Translations under genes and position numbers: made by a program | Shown: piece after piece, positions 61,376 to 64,000 of the stretch | How positions within the stretch are numbered: the stretch's first letter is position 1 | Layout: the number at the start of each line of letters is the position of its first letter | Assembly (NCBI GenBank): GCA_963665095.1 | Contig: OY762069.1 | Coordinates: 4,352,001-4,416,000, forward strand | DNA from: an uncultured Desulfobacter sp. | Lineage (GTDB): Bacteria > Desulfobacterota > Desulfobacteria > Desulfobacterales > Desulfobacteraceae | Direction: 5' to 3' | DNA length: 64,000 nt | The notes under the pieces: generated by a model | What the model saw: only the letters and a program-made list of their open reading frames with translations | The model's database searches: none | What the model was told of the DNA's origin: nothing

Positions 61376-62695
61376 CTACAGAATCTTTGAAGCCAATTCC
61401 GCCAGTTCCGAACGTTCTCCTTTTTCAAGATTAATGTGGGCGTAAAGATTCTGGCCTTTCATCTTTTCAATGATGTACGCAAGACCGTTGGTCTGGGTGT
61501 CCAGATAGGGATGGTCTATCTGGAAGATATCCCCGGTAAAAACAATTTTCGTACCTTCTCCCGCCCTGGTGATAATGGTTTTCACCTCGTGGGGGGTCAG
61601 GTTCTGGGCTTCGTCCACAATAAAGAATACCCGCACAATGGAACGTCCCCTGATATATGAAATGGGGGTGATGACAATTTTTTCCTCTTCAATCAGCTCT
61701 TTAATGTTTTTCCCGTTTGACCCGTTTTCATTGAAGTGATTCTGGATGACTGAAAGGTTGTCGTACAGGGGCTGCATATACGGATCCAGCTTAGAGGCCA
61801 CGTCACCGGGCAGAAAGCCTAAATCCTTGTTGCTTAAGGGGACCACGGGTCTGGCAATAAAAATCTGACGGTAAAATTGTTTTTTGGCGAGGGCTGCAGC
61901 CAGTGCCAGAAGCGTTTTGCCTGTGCCGGCTTTACCGGAAATGGTGACAAGAGAGATATCAGGATTAAGCATGGCATTGAGCGCAAACGTCTGTTCAGAA
62001 TTCCGCGGCTTAATACCATAACAGATTCTGGGCTGAATCAGCTTCACGGTCTGACTGGTGCCGTCAAAAAAGGCCAGCGCAGATTTGGACCCATTTTTCA
62101 GAATCACGTTTTCATTGGCATAAAACTCAAGATTCTCTCCAAGATTTTCCGTATCAGCTTCATAAGGCTTCTGATAAAGCGTATCCAGCACTTCTGAATG
62201 AACATTGTCCACCACCTTCATGCCTGTATACATGTCTGAAATATTTTCAACGTACTGGGAGTTATAGTTATCTGTTTTCAGGCCAATGGACCGGGCTTTA
62301 AGGCGAAGATTCACATCCTTGGTTACAAAAATGACATTTTTAAAATCATTTTTTTTGGCAATGGCATAGGCGATATTTAGAATTCTGATATCCGGGGTGA
62401 TCTCATTAAAATTAGCTTTTATAATCGGGTCCAGCGCTGTATCCAGGCGAATGGCAATGCTGCCCTGTCCATTGTCAAAGGGCACACCGCCATTAAGCAT
62501 CTTATCACTGGACAAGGCGTCCAGGCTTCTTAAAAAATCCCGGGCGTTACAGTTGATGACATTATTTCCTTTTTTGAATTTATCCAGTTCTTCAATAACG
62601 GTGATCGGAATATAAATGTCATTGTCTTTGAATTGATGAATGCATCCACTGTCATGGAGGATGACGTTTGTGTCCAGGACAAAAATTTTTTTCAT
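61376..62695 (-). CDS. PIN-PhoH fusion (PhoH2/YlaK-like RNase-helicase)
   Basis: N-terminal PIN FVLDTNVILH; GKAGTGKT, GFLPGD, YIRGRS and DEAQN. Confidence 0.92.
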   Translation of the reverse strand: MKKIFVLDTNVILHDSGCIHQFKDNDIYIPITVIEELDKFKKGNNVINCNARDFLRSLDALSSDKMLNGGVPFDNGQGSIAIRLDTALDPIIKANFNEITPDIRILNIAYAIAKKNDFKNVIFVTKDVNLRLKARSIGLKTDNYNSQYVENISDMYTGMKVVDNVHSEVLDTLYQKPYEADTENLGENLEFYANENVILKNGSKSALAFFDGTSQTVKLIQPRICYGIKPRNSEQTFALNAMLNPDISLVTISGKAGTGKTLLALAAALAKKQFYRQIFIARPVVPLSNKDLGFLPGDVASKLDPYMQPLYDNLSVIQNHFNENGSNGKNIKELIEEEKIVITPISYIRGRSIVRVFFIVDEAQNLTPHEVKTIITRAGEGTKIVFTGDIFQIDHPYLDTQTNGLAYIIEKMKGQNLYAHINLEKGERSELAELASKIL

Positions 62696-62986
62696 ACAGG
62701 TCTCCGAATAAAAAGGCAGGTGTTAAACTCACCATGGGGAAATATTTTTTTCAGTGTTGTCTTAACGGCGTGGGAAGAGGATACCGGACCTTTCTTTTCC
62801 GGTCTTCTGGCGGGGGCTGGTAAATGTGACACTTTTACCATAGGCTGTCCAGGCTAAGGGGTTGGCATTCAGCCGGTTTCTGGATTATCCGAAAATTTAG
62901 ACCCGGCCGCATTAAACATAAATAATCTTTTCTTTGTTGTACACCATATTATTAAAAAATTTGGTTAGAATATGATGAAACTGTGA

Positions 62987-64000
62987 TTATTCTGCTGTTA
63001 TCACCCGTGTCACATCGTTGACGGTCTTTACCCGGCGAAGTTCAGACATCACTTTTTTCAGCTGCCTTGAACTTTCCACCATAATGGTAAAGTAAAAGAC
63101 CCCGATGCCTTCTTCACTGGTTTCCGTGTGGGCATTTAAGATGTTGATCCCGGCTTTGGAAATAACAGCTGCAATGTCAGCCAGCAACCCGTGGCGATCA
63201 TCGGTGCGGATGCGGATGGAGGCGGGATATGATTCTGAAATATTGCTGGCCCACTGGACATCGATCTTGCGTTCACTGCTCATTTTAAGAACATTGATGC
63301 AGTTTTTTCGATGGATGGTAACGCCCTGACCCCGTGTGATATAGCCGGTTATAGGGTCGCCTGGAAGGGGGTTGCAGCACTTGGAAAACTTAACCAGGAT
63401 GTCATTGAGCCCCTTGACGATAACCCCGGTGTTGCGCTTTTCAGATGCACGTGCACCTGGTTTTTCAATAATGGTATCCTCTGGCTCTTCCGCCCCTTTG
63501 TCCAGGTCCGGCACGGCCCGGTTCAGCACCTGCAGAGCTGTAAGCTTACCAAATCCCACATGGGCGATCAGATCATCAACCCCTTTAAACCCGTATGAGT
63601 CCGCAACTTTACCAACGGCCCCGGATTTCACCAGGGCATTAAAGTTCTGGTTTTTCTTTCTAAATGTTTTTTCACACATTTCCCGGCCAAGGGAGTAGCT
63701 GCGCTCTTTTTCCCTGGCATTGATGTAAGCCCTGATCTTGGTCTTTGCCTTGACGGTTTTGACAAAATTAAGCCAGTCACGGCTGGGTTGATGCCCTTTG
63801 GTGGTGATAATTTCAATGGTGTCACCGGAGCGCAGCTCATGGGACAAAGGCACCAGCTTGCCGTTGACCCGGGCGCCGGTACATTGTGCACCGACCTCGG
63901 TGTGGATCCGATAGGCAAAGTCCACTGGCGTGGCTTTTTTAGGCAGGGTTTTTATCTCTCCTGCCGGTGTGAACACATAAATTTCATCCGGGTAAAGATC
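62987..64000 (-). CDS. relA: RelA/SpoT (p)ppGpp synthetase/hydrolase, C-terminal part (TGS-ZFD-ACT); 5' end outside the window
   Basis: FTPAG..., ATPVDFAYRIHTEVG, CCNPLPGD, HRKNC and ACT domain. Confidence 0.93.
   Translation of the reverse strand, partial: DLYPDEIYVFTPAGEIKTLPKKATPVDFAYRIHTEVGAQCTGARVNGKLVPLSHELRSGDTIEIITTKGHQPSRDWLNFVKTVKAKTKIRAYINAREKERSYSLGREMCEKTFRKKNQNFNALVKSGAVGKVADSYGFKGVDDLIAHVGFGKLTALQVLNRAVPDLDKGAEEPEDTIIEKPGARASEKRNTGVIVKGLNDILVKFSKCCNPLPGDPITGYITRGQGVTIHRKNCINVLKMSSERKIDVQWASNISESYPASIRIRTDDRHGLLADIAAVISKAGINILNAHTETSEEGIGVFYFTIMVESSRQLKKVMSELRRVKTVNDVTRVITAE

Overview
64 kb of bacterial chromosome. Gene content and protein style suggest an anaerobic sulfate-reducing deltaproteobacterium, probably Desulfobacteraceae (inference). 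In order: (1) 1-14.2 kb, a PEP-CTERM/exosortase-A exopolysaccharide locus with a sigma-54-driven PEP-CTERM gene. (2) An AEC transporter, PFOR, an XRE-cupin regulator, an MscS-type protein and a ferritin-like protein. (3) An HDOD-kinase / stand-alone MshEN / FlhG-like ATPase operon. (4) NAD salvage genes pncB and pncA plus a SLOG-like protein. (5) c-di-GMP and two-component genes, including a frameshifted REC-GGDEF. (6) A 1409-aa PPDK-like dikinase lacking the pyruvate-binding domain, directly followed by an atypical GAPDH. (7) Housekeeping genes: hisS-aspS, minCDE, aroB, perR-rbr-trxA-trxB-bamD, rpmB, PIN-PhoH and the relA 3' part. Most notable: five copies of a ~125-215 bp repeat with nested stems, clear compensatory base changes and strand-specific G-U pairs, four of them at stop codons; the truncated-dikinase/GAPDH pair; a second MITE type with a 6-bp TSD; and unannotated small ORFs before aroB and PIN-PhoH. 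I saw no rRNA, tRNA, CRISPR array or transposase.
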